Assembly (NCBI RefSeq): GCF_006345805.1
Contig: NC_042999.1
Location: forward strand, 167,276,001-167,340,000
Direction of reading: 5' to 3'
DNA length: 64,000 nt
Source: Octopus sinensis
Taxonomy: Eukaryota
In this document: positions 51,050-63,125 of the stretch, in pieces
Layout of the letters: the number at the start of each line of letters is the position of its first letter
Numbering within the stretch: the first letter of the stretch is position 1
Position numbers and translations under genes: made by a program
The notes under the pieces: generated by a model
Databases searched by the model: none
What the model saw: only the letters and a program-made list of their open reading frames with translations
What the model was told of the DNA's origin: nothing

Positions 51050-53045
51050 TAATAAATATATTACTTAATGATAGTAGTGTAGTGTTTCCAATCCTTTATG
51101 AGGCTTGGTATTAGTCAATAAGAGTTATTAAAGGTTCTTTATTTACTTAAAGTTAGATTACATCTAGATGTTTATTTTATTATTAAATATTTAATGGTTT
51201 TAATGAATATAGATTATATGAAGGTTTATAATTTTGAATGTATAGGACAATAATCTTTTCTTTATGTGATACTTTTTTATAATGATAATTTGAATTTTTT
51301 TATTCAATTATAGAACGATGTATTTGATCTTCAGATAAATTAATTTACCTACATAATTAGTTTAATTTATTATTGTTTAGCATTTATTTTGAGTATTAAT
51401 ATGATATATAATATAAATATATATTTATCTTATACTAGAGTTAAGTTTATATTTTGTTATAATTTTGTTATAAATTTGTTAAATTAATTAATTTGTATGT
51501 ATTTTCTATATATTTGAAGTAGATTTATTTAGATGTTTATTTAATCAATATTATTTAATGAATTTTATTAGAATATAGTTTTTATATTAATTAGTGGTCA
51601 TATTATAGATAATGCTTGAAATACTACTGAATTAATTTTGAATGTGTCTAATAGTTATTTTTTAATTTTTTATTTATATTAATTTGACTCCTACGTAATT
51701 TTTTTTATATAAATTAATTAATTCTTATAAGATTTTTAGAGTATACACAATAATTGGTAGTTATATAAATTATTTAATTTATTGAGTATAATTTATTGTA
51801 GTTATTTTTTAATGATAAATTTTATAGTATATAGTGGTTTTATTCTCTAATAGTGACTTTGTTCTCTTTACATTTATAGCCTAACTATAGCTGTTTCCAT
51901 TGACACTATCTATTCATAATTTTCATTGATAAAATATATTCGTAGTTGTCATTAAAAGAATTTTTCATCTATTTATTCGATTTCTGTTAATAACGTAATT
52001 CCACGAGTATTCTTATAAACGCTTAAAAGACGTTTTCCGTTTTAAAATTTCAGTTCACGAAACGTCTTTGGAAAGCTAAGTAATCTATTTCTATTTAAGA
52101 TTTTAAAGTATATTAATAAGTCTTATTGTATCATTTTGTATACTATATAAATACTGATTGTTATTATAATGATTTAGTTGTTGAAGATATGTATATAATT
52201 ATTAGATTATAACTGTACGTTATTGTAAGATATTACTTAGCCAACGAGATATATAGATCGTTAATAGTTATACGGTTTTTTAAAGTTAGGTTACTAGTTT
52301 ATAATTTGATTTTAATCTTTAATTTTTTTAATGTATCTCATAAATATATTATATTAATATTTAATATTTATGTAAGTAGTATTGGATTAATTAATTTATT
52401 TATTTGTCTTTACATGTCTATACATTTATTGATAGCGTAAATTTTAGATTTTAATCACTAAATTTGTTGATAATAATTTAGTTATTATTTTTTAAATATT
52501 TTATAATTATTAGATGTGTACTTAAATCTAAATCATGAATAATGATTATTTAGTTAAATAATTTGGTAATTAAATATTGGACTATAACTGAGTTAAGGAT
52601 ATTCGTGAGTTTATTATGTTTTTTAAGCCATATTATAAATTCATAGATATCTATAATAGTGACTTTGTTCTATTATAGCTTAAATATAGCCATTTTCCAT
52701 TGATAATATTTATTAGTAATTTTCATTGATAAAATATATTCGTAGTTTTCATTGTTAAAAGAATTTTCCATCTGTTTATTATAAGTTTAGTTAATGACAC
52801 GATTTTTGAAAGCTAAGTAAACATTTTTATTGAAGTTATTTTAATAATTTATGTTATATTGTATTCTATTGGATACTATATAACTACTGATTGTTAATTT
52901 GATTGTATAATTATTTAGTTGTTGAAGATATGTATTTCCTTATTAGATTATAACTGTACGTGATTTGTAAGTTATTACTTAGCCAACGAGATATATAGAT
53001 CGTTAAATAGTTATAAGGTTCTTTTAAGATAGGTTATACGTTTAT
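51050..53045 (-). mobile_element. Opposite-strand, extremely AT-rich PLE remnant with partial tandem (pLTR-like) duplication
   Basis: Direct repeats 51845-52310 and 52655-53045; minus strand retains linker and EN remnants (TCKDK, IYISSTTKSL) and weaker N-terminal RT remnants (TKPHK) near 51100. Confidence 0.6.
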
Positions 53046-53074
53046 AATTTGGCTGGGTGAGCAGACAAACATTA

Positions 53075-53200
53075 CCCGACCCCTGAAGCAACGTGTAATG
53101 AAGTGTCTTGCTCAGTAACACAATGCATCTTCCAGTTTGGGAATCTAACGCACGACTTAGCGATCATGAGTGCAACAGCCTAACCAGTTGGTCCCACTCC
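53075..53200 (-). mobile_element. tRNA-derived SINE, third family, diverged
   Basis: Minus strand TGGTTAGGCTGTTGCACTCATGATCG...GTTAGATTCCC...TGAGCAAGACACTTCA. Confidence 0.55.
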
Positions 53201-53571
53201 TTCACATACACACACACACACACACGCGCGCATATATGTATGGATATATATTTATACACATGTATATATTATATATTATATATATATATATATATAAACA
53301 CGTAACCACAAACAAGGATATATATATATACACGTATGTATGGTTGGATATATATATGTATATTATGCGTATACAAACTAGAATTGAAAAATGCGCACGC
53401 TCAAAATGGTTACAGAATGTCATAATAAACCTTAAAAAGTATGGATCTAGCATTGTTGCTTAAAAGTATTTAAATCACTATATGCTGTACTTTCTGTGGC
53501 ATCCTTTTATCACAAGAAATTTATTTAGTTCATCGAAATTAATTGATATTAAAAATTAATTAAGTTAAATT

Positions 53572-54119
53572 ATCGTATACTCAATTTTAACAAAACAATT
53601 GTGTACAAATACTAATGTCATCTTTACGCAATAATTCAATAGCATTGTTGCTCAAACATATTGGAATCCCTATATGTTGTACATTCTGTGGCCTCTCAAA
53701 ACGAAAATGTGTGAATTACGATGTCATGATAATTTTTGAATCGAGTTCTTAATATAAAAATTTGAAGATGTACAAAATATGATCTTTAACTTTGAATAAG
53801 TAAATTCATTATAATACTTTTCATACCAAAGTATATAAGAAACATATTCCACACTGTATGCAAATTACCATGATAATAAATAAAAGTCGAATCTATATAA
53901 CAGTGAAAGTACGAAGCCGAAATAATTATAAGCAAAGATAATTCGCATTATGAAACACATATTAATGGAGTAGTTATGCGAATTTTAAAAATTATTAATC
54001 AGTTATTTTTGATTGATTACTTGTAAATTTATAAAAAATATCATTCTTAGATTGCACTATTGCGTAAAGATGACATTAGTATTTGTACACAATTGTTTTG
54101 ATAAAATTGTGTATACGAT
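53572..54119. mobile_element. MITE-like element with ~62-bp terminal inverted repeats
   Basis: 53572-53633 matches the reverse complement of 54058-54119 with about 2 mismatches; non-coding interior. Confidence 0.65.
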
Positions 54120-54300
54120 GTGTGTGTGTGTGTGCGCGTGCTTGTTCATGTATGTGTGAGTGCGTGTGTGCGCGTGCTTGTTCTTGTGTGTGTGAGTGTG
54201 TGTGTGCGTGTGCTTGTTCTTGTGTGTGTGAGTGTGTATGTGTGTGTGCACGTGCTTGTTCTTGTGTATGTGTGAGTGTGTGTGTGTGCGCGATTGTGTT
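54120..54300. repeat. TG-derived minisatellite (unit ~GTGCGCGTGCTTGTTCTTGTGTGTGTGAGT), with an inverted copy at ~54725-54820
   Basis: About five degenerate units; reverse-complement units (ACAAGAACAAGCA) downstream. Confidence 0.8.
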
Positions 54301-54899
54301 CTTGTATAGCCCCACAAATCTTGTTTAGCTTTAAAATTAATAGAAATTAATGTCACTTATATTTCTTTCATTCCCATTTCCTTTAATAAGCAGCGTTAAT
54401 TTACATTTCTTCCTTTTCTCCATACATATTACAATATTTCGGCTCTCTAATGCATGTTGCAATATTTCAGCTCTTTTATTTCGGCTTTTTGATACATGCA
54501 GCAATATTTCGGTCTTTTGGTGGTTAAAAAACCCCATATGGACTATTATAACTAACAAAGGTTTTTTCGACGTTGATCTCGTTTTCTTCTTGGAAATTTA
54601 AAGGATTTTACATGCACAAATGAAGCAGGTACGAACAAATATGCAGGGCTTTTCACAAGTTTAATATGTGACAATATTTTTGTTATATCAACATTCCACA
54701 CACATAAATACATAAAAACAGAATACGCTCGCGCACACGCACACTCACACAAACAAGAACAAGCATGCACACATACATATATACACACTCACACACACAA
54801 GAACAAGCACGCACACACACAGATGTAGACCCATTATCTTCATCTTCCATTTCGAGATGTTAAATAACAAGCACGCACGAAAATAGCTGCATGCCAAAG

Positions 54900-55060
54900 T
54901 ATCGCTCGATGATTGAAAATTAACCAATAAAAGGCGATCACCACGCAAACGGCCACGACCCCGTTACACTATCATTCGCAACCTAGACATAAATTGTCAG
55001 ACACGCAGTAGACTCGACTATAACATTCTTTTGTCGGTCACTGCGTGACTGACATATATC
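54900..55060. repeat. Unclassified ~170-bp dispersed repeat (second copy 57475-57645)
   Basis: Shared GAAAATTAACCAATA, ATTGTCAGACACGCAGTA and CTATAACAT blocks in the same order. Confidence 0.8.
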
Positions 55061-55095
55061 TACCCATTTACCTATCTCTCTCCTCTCTATCCCCC

Positions 55096-55134
<39 letters not shown>

Positions 55135-55593
55135 AATATATAAAATATATTTATATAATCCTATATATATATAATCATACCTATTTAGCGATACATACGC
55201 GTCAGAAAATAAGATGACAATGGACTAAATGATTATCTTATGAACTTCATTAGCTTACACCTGTTTCTGTAATACGATACAGTGGACTAATAGTTGAGTG
55301 CTTGAGTAACATCTTACAGTTTCATCAGTCCCTTGAATATGAAGTTCAGTTTATTTGGGAAAAGAATTACATTTATGCATGACTTTCTCACTGGTAATGC
55401 CTTCCCTGTATATTGCAAAAATGTCTCTCCTTTTTCCCCAAATAAATTGCAAGGGTTCAATGAAGCTGTCAGACATTCAGCTTTGAGTCCACTGCATCCT
55501 ATAGCAGAAACAATTGTAAGCTAATGAAATTGATATCACAACCAATTTTTTGCTTGTTCCCCTGTGTCATCTCTTTTTCTCATTACCGCATTA

Positions 55594-55766
55594 TTTGACA
55601 CCGAGGTTATGAACGGGTCCTTTACGAAATATTTACCGTATTTTTAAAATCATTTTAACTTTAAAATATGTTTTAGATATGCCCCCCAACATTTCTAATA
55701 GTATTCTGAAACATGAGTATATTAAGTTCTAAACCAGGTTATTAGTCTTGCTATGTGATATGTATG

Positions 55767-55831
<65 letters not shown>

Positions 55832-56471
55832 ATGTGTGTGTGTGTGCGTGTGTGTGTATGTGTGTGTGTGAGTGTGTGTGTGTGTGCGTGTGTGTGTTTG
55901 TGTGTGTTTGTGTGTGTATGTATGTATGTATATATGCATATATTAATAAATGAAATAAAACATATGCATATATATAAACATATATGTACGTACCTACCTC
56001 TACATGTACATATACACGCATATATGAGTACAGGATACCAAAGGGACGTCGAACACAAAGAGAAACGAAAACATAGACACAGACCAAAGGAACTGGACAT
56101 TTTTTTAAAAACAACAAAAAATGGAGTACAGGACAATTAACACAACGAAAAAACCCCTTCTTCAGTCGCTAAGGTTTCATCTACTCTACGTTTCGAAGGA
56201 TAAAAGCGAGACGTATCTTCGACAAGAAACTTTCCTTCCTGCGAAAAGCAAATCAATTAAAATTCTGAGATCTTTTCGCGGAGGGGTAAAAAATGGTAAA
56301 AAAATGGTAAAAAAAACAGGACAGTAACGACAGTACAAAAATATAAACAGTAAAAAAATAAACAGTAAAAAAATATATATATTATTTATATTATTATATG
56401 ATTGAACGCCGTACATCTATTTCCAAGTAAGTTTATCTTAATAATTTTGATGCGACTGTACTCTGCACTGT

Positions 56472-56537
<66 letters not shown>

Positions 56538-57009
56538 TCTTCCTTTCTCTAATTCTTTTTTCTTCCCTTCTCCTCCTTTCGTTTTTTCTTTCTCATCCTT
56601 TCTGTAATTCTTTTTCTCCCCTTTGCCATTTTCTCTCTGTCTCTGTCTCTCCCTCTTTCTCTTTTACTCTCTCTTTCGTTGCTCACACGTGACCATCGTC
56701 CATCATTCTATTTCCTCACATTCTTATCTGTCTCCTCTTTTATCTTTTCTCTTGTCAAAGACAATATTCCTTCAGCATTCGCTACCTTACCTCGTCTGGC
56801 CTAACGGCTCTCCATGTTTGTTTGTACAATAAGTATTTATATTTTAGCTTTCTTTAAACAGATAATACTTTAATTCTTGTTTAAATTATTTTTAGGTGAA
56901 TACCATTAGAAATTTTGGGGGCATATCTAAAACATATTTTAAAGTTAAAATGATTTTAAAAATACGGTAAATATTTCGTAAAGGACCCGTTCATAACCTC
57001 GGTGTCAAA
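55594..57009. mobile_element. 1.4-kb fold-back element with 113-bp TIRs and TA flanks
   Basis: 55594-55706 matches the reverse complement of 56898-57009 with ~3 differences; TA at 55592-55593 and 57010-57011; interior filled by microsatellites and repeats. Confidence 0.75.
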
Positions 57010-57065
57010 TATTTTTTCAATACGGTTTTTCGAGTGCATTTAACGTATATTACCTCCAAAGGTTT

Positions 57066-57168
57066 GGCTGCTATTTCTAGTACGCCCTGCTACCACGTAA
57101 CAGCTATTTACGATAAAGGACCCAAAATCCCTGTTACGTGGTCGCAGGGCGTGCAAGAAATAGCAGCC
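57066..57168. repeat. Isolated ~38-bp-stem hairpin
   Basis: GGCTGCTATTTCT..ACGCCCTGC.ACCACGTAACAG pairs with CTGTTACGTGGT.GCAGGGCGT..AGAAATAGCAGCC; 27-nt loop. Confidence 0.85.
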
Positions 57169-57725
57169 ATTCCTTTTCTGATGAAAGGAGCCGTTTACGC
57201 GTGATTTCAATGACACATTCGTTGAAAGCATGCGAAATAACCTGGAAAAGAAAAAAACCTCACGAAACAAAACTCTGTTGCTGGGAGACTCAGCCTTTCC
57301 CAGTGACCCAACGGGTCACGGGTAGTCTTGTGCTATAAAGAAATGTATTTTAAATAATAATAATAATATTAATTTTTAGAAAATCATTAGCGAAATCTAA
57401 AACGACATACCGTGCAACGAAGAGAAGACTAAAATGAATAACACAAAATTCTCGAAGACAGCTACATACCAACTATCGCTCATTGGTTGATTGAACTGAA
57501 AATTAACCAATAGAATGCTATCACCAGACAAACACCCACGAGCCCCTTACACCTTTATTCGCAAGCTAGGAATGTATTGTCAGACACGCAGTAAGACTCC
57601 ACTATAACATCCTGTTGCCGGTCACTTGCGTGCCTGACGTATATATGCATGTATATGTGTAAAAATATGTGAGCCTGTGTGTTTGTGTGTGCGCGTGCGC
57701 ACGCGCGAACGTGTGTATGTCTGTG

Positions 57726-57757
<32 letters not shown>

Positions 57758-57979
57758 CTATACCTGAAAGGAAAGAAATGTGTATGCTCACATATACTGT
57801 TGTATACGTCATGCGTATACATGCATGTTTGTCTGTGCGTGAACGCCCCTGATATGCGTACCATTAGCATTGTGTTAGCAAATGTATGCACATACATGAA
57901 TTCATGTTTATGTGAGCGTGTGTATACACACACACATATATATGTATATATATTTCTTATGTATGTATATATATATATA

Positions 57980-58180
57980 TAATTGTCCTGTACTCTATTT
58001 TTTTTGCTGTTTTAAAAAAAATGTCCAGTTCCTTTGGTTTGTGTCTATGTTTTCGTTTCTCATTGTGTTCGACTCCTTTTGGTGTCCTGTACTCATATAT
58101 GCGTGTATATGTACATGTAGAGGTAGGTACGTACATATATGTTTATATATATGAATATGTTCTATTTTATTTATTAATAT
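57980..58180. repeat. ~200-bp dispersed repeat, inverted copy of 55935-56140
   Basis: AATTGTCCTGTACTC...ATGTCCAGTTCCTTTGG...GTAGAGGTAGGTACGTAC is the reverse complement of the 56-kb segment. Confidence 0.85.
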
Positions 58181-58849
58181 ATATATATATATGTCTGTAT
58201 GTCTGTATGTCTGTATGTCTGTATGTCTGTATGTATATGCCACTGTCTATACTAATGCGGGCAGTCATGGCTGACGTTTGTTTGGTCATGCATTTTCAAG
58301 TGTGTGTATGTGTATGTGTTAGAATCGGTACTAATGTACTCAAGGAATTTTTCAATGAAACTGACACTCTGTAATGAAGAGAAAAATCATTAGTGTCAAT
58401 ATGATTTTTACTTTCATTAAGCGTGTAATTTTAATTGATTTAAATATATTTTAATTGACAACATAAAGTATGATAGTCCTTGCTTGAAAATGAGCCCCTT
58501 ATGCAGAAGGCACCAGGAAAATTTTCCCATGTTATGGTTTCAAAATTGCCTAATCTGTGAATGCTTTGCGTTCAAAATCTTTATCCCCTCAATCATTCTA
58601 AGGCAAGGGATCCCAAACTGAGATTAATTTACCCCTAGGGAATAAACAGAGTGGTATAACCTCGTTTCTGTTCATTATTAGTTCATACATAAGTGAAATA
58701 GCAAACGTTGTTGTGTGCTATTAATATTGTTATCAACAGAATCATTGTTAATTGAATCTAAATAATAAATGTTTAAACATGATATTATTATTTCCTTTTT
58801 GTCGTGTTTTATTGTAGCAGCAGTTTAAACTGAAATTAGTGAACAAATA

Positions 58850-59005
58850 GGCACAGTTGTGGTACTGTGGCGATAGATTTGTTTCCTAATCACATGGCTT
58901 CAGGTTCAGTCCCACTGCGTGATACCTTGAGCAAGTGCCTTCTACTAAAGCTCCGGGTCAACCAATGCCGTGAATAGATTTGCTAGACGAAAACTGAAAG
59001 GAACT
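58850..59005 (+). mobile_element. SINE family B 5' part
   Basis: B box GGTTCAGTCCCACTGCGTG, CCTTGAGCAAGTG. Confidence 0.8.
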
Positions 59006-59386
59006 CCTATACATACATTCATGCATACATACATACGTACATACATACATACATACATACATACATACATACATACATACATAAATACATAACAATATAT
59101 ATATATGTGAAACATATGTAGCTCGGATCTTATCTACTCCATTCCTTAACACTTGTATGTGTGTGTGTATATTGTTGTGTCTAGGGAGAGTCATACTGCC
59201 TTAGTATGACTCACAGGTTCAATTTCAATTTATTCATATTTTTTTCTTTCCAAATTTTCGTGGATGTTGTGTCAAAACACAGTATACTGCGTTATTTACA
59301 TTGAGGGGACCTATCATATGGACTCATAGTACATGAAAGCACTCGTGTTGTCTGGAAGATTAGGCCGTTATGTCGCTATCGGACGT

Positions 59387-59433
59387 CTGCCACTGAGGAG
59401 CCCCTAGCAAGGCGAAATCATACGATCTGGCAG
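59387..59433 (+). ncRNA. Canonical type I hammerhead ribozyme
   Basis: CTGCCA-CTGAGGA-GCC-CCTAGCAA-GGC-GAAA-TC-ATAC-GA-TC/TGGCAG: all core nucleotides present, 6-bp helix I, 3-bp helix II, 3-bp helix III, AUC site at 59425-59427. Confidence 0.9.
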
Positions 59434-59731
59434 TTCAGGCCGCCGTATCAGAGGATTCTCGTCAGGCAGCAATATAAACACGAGTGTTTTTGCACTAAGA
59501 ATCCACAACAAGTCCTTTCAAGGTAAATAACGCAGTATTTACTATTCTGACACAACGTCCATGTTAAGTTGGAGGTAAAGATTGTCATATTTATAATTAT
59601 TATCATAATTAACATTATTATCAACTTGCATATACATGGGTGAGCGGACAAATGAAAGAAAGGCATTCAACACATTTAGTGGCAGTTACGCAGTTCATTA
59701 TTTAAAGCTAGCTGAATCAAACTGTAATAAA

Positions 59732-59789
<58 letters not shown>

Positions 59790-59800
<11 letters not shown>

Positions 59801-62600
59801 TAACGGTTTTTTTAAAACACTTATTATCGTTGTGTTTACCATGTAGGCAGTCATCGCAATTTTTGTTTGTCTTGTTGTTGAGAGAGGCTCCCTTTCTTTC
59901 CTGATGAGAAGATTGCATCTTGCACCGTTTATTCCTTTGGAATGAAACCATGTTGTCTTCGAAACATGTGTCGAGAGTAAAGGAATTTTGTTAACATCTT
60001 CGTTCAACTCCATTCATTTATTTATTCATATATAACACACAAATTTCTGCACATGAACCCGGAGTTTCTACCCTTGGACAGGTCGCTTCAACCGTGTTTC
60101 TGACGTGAATTTGCTACCCTGGTATCGGTTCATTGAATTTTCCATGTTGACGGTAAACATAGGATAATTCATTCACCTATCGAAATATTCTTATACTGTT
60201 TCCCTGAGAACCTGCTAACATAACCGATACCGCAAATGGAGTTGTTCAATATTAACGCCTCCCTTAAGGATATTCCTATTCCACCGAAAAAAGCTTTCCT
60301 TAAGGAACTCATTAACAAGACTAATGTATTTATCATCCGCATCAGATGGCTCGCCTTCTTCCACGACAATAAGGACCTAAAAGAGACCAGTAACGACATC
60401 TCTAATGAATATAAAAACTATTTAAATCGAAGGCTACGCCTCCACCTAATCCTAGATTGAAGAAATTCGAAGATGATCTTTGGGCCATCGTAAAGAATAT
60501 TAAATTTCATCGATCACCCCTCAGGAATAAGCACCTCAGATACTTTAATAACGTCTCTAGAGAAATCAATAACTTAGATTACATCCTAGTTCAATCGGAT
60601 AAAACCGGAAACCTCTATAAGCTTACCAAAAGCCACTATTTGGAACTGCTCGAAAAGGAGATCCATAAAAATTACAAAACCACCAGTAGGAATACTCAGG
60701 CAGGCCAACTTGGAAGCTAAATGGATTATGGAAACTTATGGATTACAGATGAAGACAGAACCATTGAACCCCAGGCATCCCAGGTTTATTTAAAAAGACC
60801 ACAAGCAGAACTTTTATGCTAACCCAGCATTGCGGCTTATATGCCCTTCCAGCTCAGACATCGGTACTCTTAGCAAATACATATTAGATAAGTATATCCC
60901 TATATTAATTAATAAATTAAAACTTAGCTTATGGTCCAATTCTGCTCAAGTCGTAGATTGGTTTACTTCTATTACTGATAAGGCCAACACTAAATTTATC
61001 CAATTCGATATATCTAGTTTCTATTCTTCAATCAACCCTATTATACTTAATAAGGCCCTATGGCACGCACACAGTAAGGTAGGCCTCTCTGGGGAAAAAT
61101 TAATGTAATACTGACTGCTAGGAAATCATTCATCCAGTTCGATAGCAAGTTGTGGGTCCGCAGAGATACTCCTAATGCGTTTGATGTACTAATGGGAAGT
61201 ACAAACAGCGCCCAGATAGCCGATTTGGTCGGAATATATATTCTTTATGAATTGGTCGACCAATTCCCGGACATCTTACGCGCAGGAGGTCTTTATCGTG
61301 ACGATTCTCTGCTTTACCTCCAAAACATTTCAAACCAAAAAATACAGAAGGTTAAGAACAGATTAGTTAGGTTTTTAGTAGAATGGGCTTGCGCATCGTT
61401 TTTGACGATGAGTTAACTAAAGCCAACTTCTTATACATTACCCTCAATTTACAGAATAACTCATACTTCCCTTATCATAAACCTTTCACAAATCTTAAGT
61501 ATATTAGCCTTTACAGTAATCATGCTAGGCCAGTTACCGATAACTTAGTCAAAAACATATCTCTGAGACTGTCTAAATTATCTGCCAATGTTGACATTTT
61601 TAACCAAAAGGCAGACTTCTATAACGCCGCCTTGTTAAAAGCCGACTATAGAGAGAAAGTGTCATACATCAATTCAGCTCATTCTAAACCAACATCTGCT
61701 TCGCCAGATAAAATAGTTACTTGTAATAGGAATAGTGATTTTAATTCTAATAGTGCAAGCAGCCTTATACACAATATAAATTCTTTACAGACCAGGGGAG
61801 GTAAGCGCCATTCAACCCCAAATTTCCAACCCAGAAATTTTCTCCTTACTTTTTACAAATAACACTACGTACAATTTAAAGGTCACTAAAAGCTGTATCT
61901 GGGTCGTAATACCTTTCGGTAAACAAATTAAATCGAACCTTCCCTTGCAGTTCCGTGAAGCCGTTGCTAGGAACTTTCCCCAACATTCTAGATATTATTC
62001 TATTATCAATTCCCACATAGTTTGAATCGCTTTCTCTAACACTAGAAATCTTTCACAAATTATATCTTCTCACAAAACTAAGCTGCTAAATAAAGGTTCT
62101 TCACCCGGGAGTTCCAGCATTAATCTTGCTAATTCCAACCCATCATACATTCATAATAATAGGAATAGTATTAATAGTAATAGCAATGGTAGTAGTGATA
62201 GTGTTAACAATGATAATAATAATAATAATAATAGTAATAGTCGTGTTAATAACAATGGTAATGTTAATAGTAATAATAATAACGGTATTATTGTTGATGG
62301 TATTATTGGTTGTATTACCATTAATAATACTAATAATAATAATAGGAATAGTGTTGTTGTTATTATTGTTATTGTTGTGGGTAAGGGAGATAACTGTTCA
62401 GCTTTCGGTAATGGGAGGGGAATATATATGTATAGACAAAAACAGGTTTCGAAAAACTTGTTTAGTGAGGGTATTTATGTACAGTGATGTAATCGTGAAT
62501 TGAAATATATAAAACGATAAAAGTTGGTTATGCGTGCATATTAAGATGTGTTCTGTATTTTTCAATGAAAAAAGTTTCTTTATTTAAACGTTCTTGTGGA
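59790..62600 (+). mobile_element. Penelope-like element of the same type as 47870-50950, frameshifted; EN region poorly preserved
   Basis: SLKDIPIP...RIRWLAFF, QSDKTGNLYKL, LKDHK, RLICPSSSDIG, QFDISSFYSSI, LMGSTNSAQIADLVG, GGLYRDD (YRDD at 61294-61305), YISLYSNH, WVVIPF...AFSNTRNL, then an Asn/Ser-rich linker. Confidence 0.92.
59891..59983 (+). ncRNA. Type I hammerhead ribozyme in the 5' region of a PLE
   Basis: CCTTTCTTTC-CTGATGA-GAAGA...TCTTC-GAAA-CATGTG-TC/GAGAG(T)AAAGG: intact core, 10-bp bulged helix I, extended helix II, helix III with the ACATGT palindrome, GUC site at 59970-59972. Confidence 0.85.
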
Positions 62601-62924
62601 GAGATTGTGTCTTTGCACTGGTAGAAGGGGAAGACTGTGAAATTTGGCTTGACGTTACCTGCACTTTTTGCTATATGTTCACTGAGAGGAATTTTGCCTG
62701 TATTGCGGGAAACGGATTTGTTCTTTATGTAGAGTGGTTCTCTTTCTCAAGGTCATATTCATCCGTCCAATATAAGAGTGTCAAGCTCACAATCATGAGG
62801 TAGTGAGTTCTATTTCCGAGACATTTTATTTTACGTTGGTCCAATTCACTCAGCTTTAGAAATGAGTCGTGATGTCGCTGGTGTCAAGCTGTATCAACCT
62901 TTCCCTTGGATAACATTGGTGGGG

Positions 62925-63125
62925 TGGAAAGGCGGCGAGCTAGTAGAAACGTTAGCACGCCGGGTGAAATGCTTAGCAGTATTTCGTCTGTCTTTATGTT
63001 CTGAATTCAAATTCTACCGAGGTCGACTTTGCCTTTCATCCTTTCGGGGTCGATAAATTAAGTACCAATTGCGTACTGGGGGGTCCCCCAAAATGTTGGG
63101 CCTTGTACCTCGAGTAGAAAAGAAC
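62925..63125 (+). mobile_element. SINE family A (inverted fragment follows at ~63190-63300)
   Basis: Head AGGCGGCGAGCTAGTAGAAACGTTAGCACGCCGGG, B box GAATTCAAATTC. Confidence 0.9.

Noticed and set aside
55255-55335. Minus-strand CTGATGA with a distant GAAAC
   Set aside because: Position 17 would be G (not NUH) and helices I and II are inconsistent.
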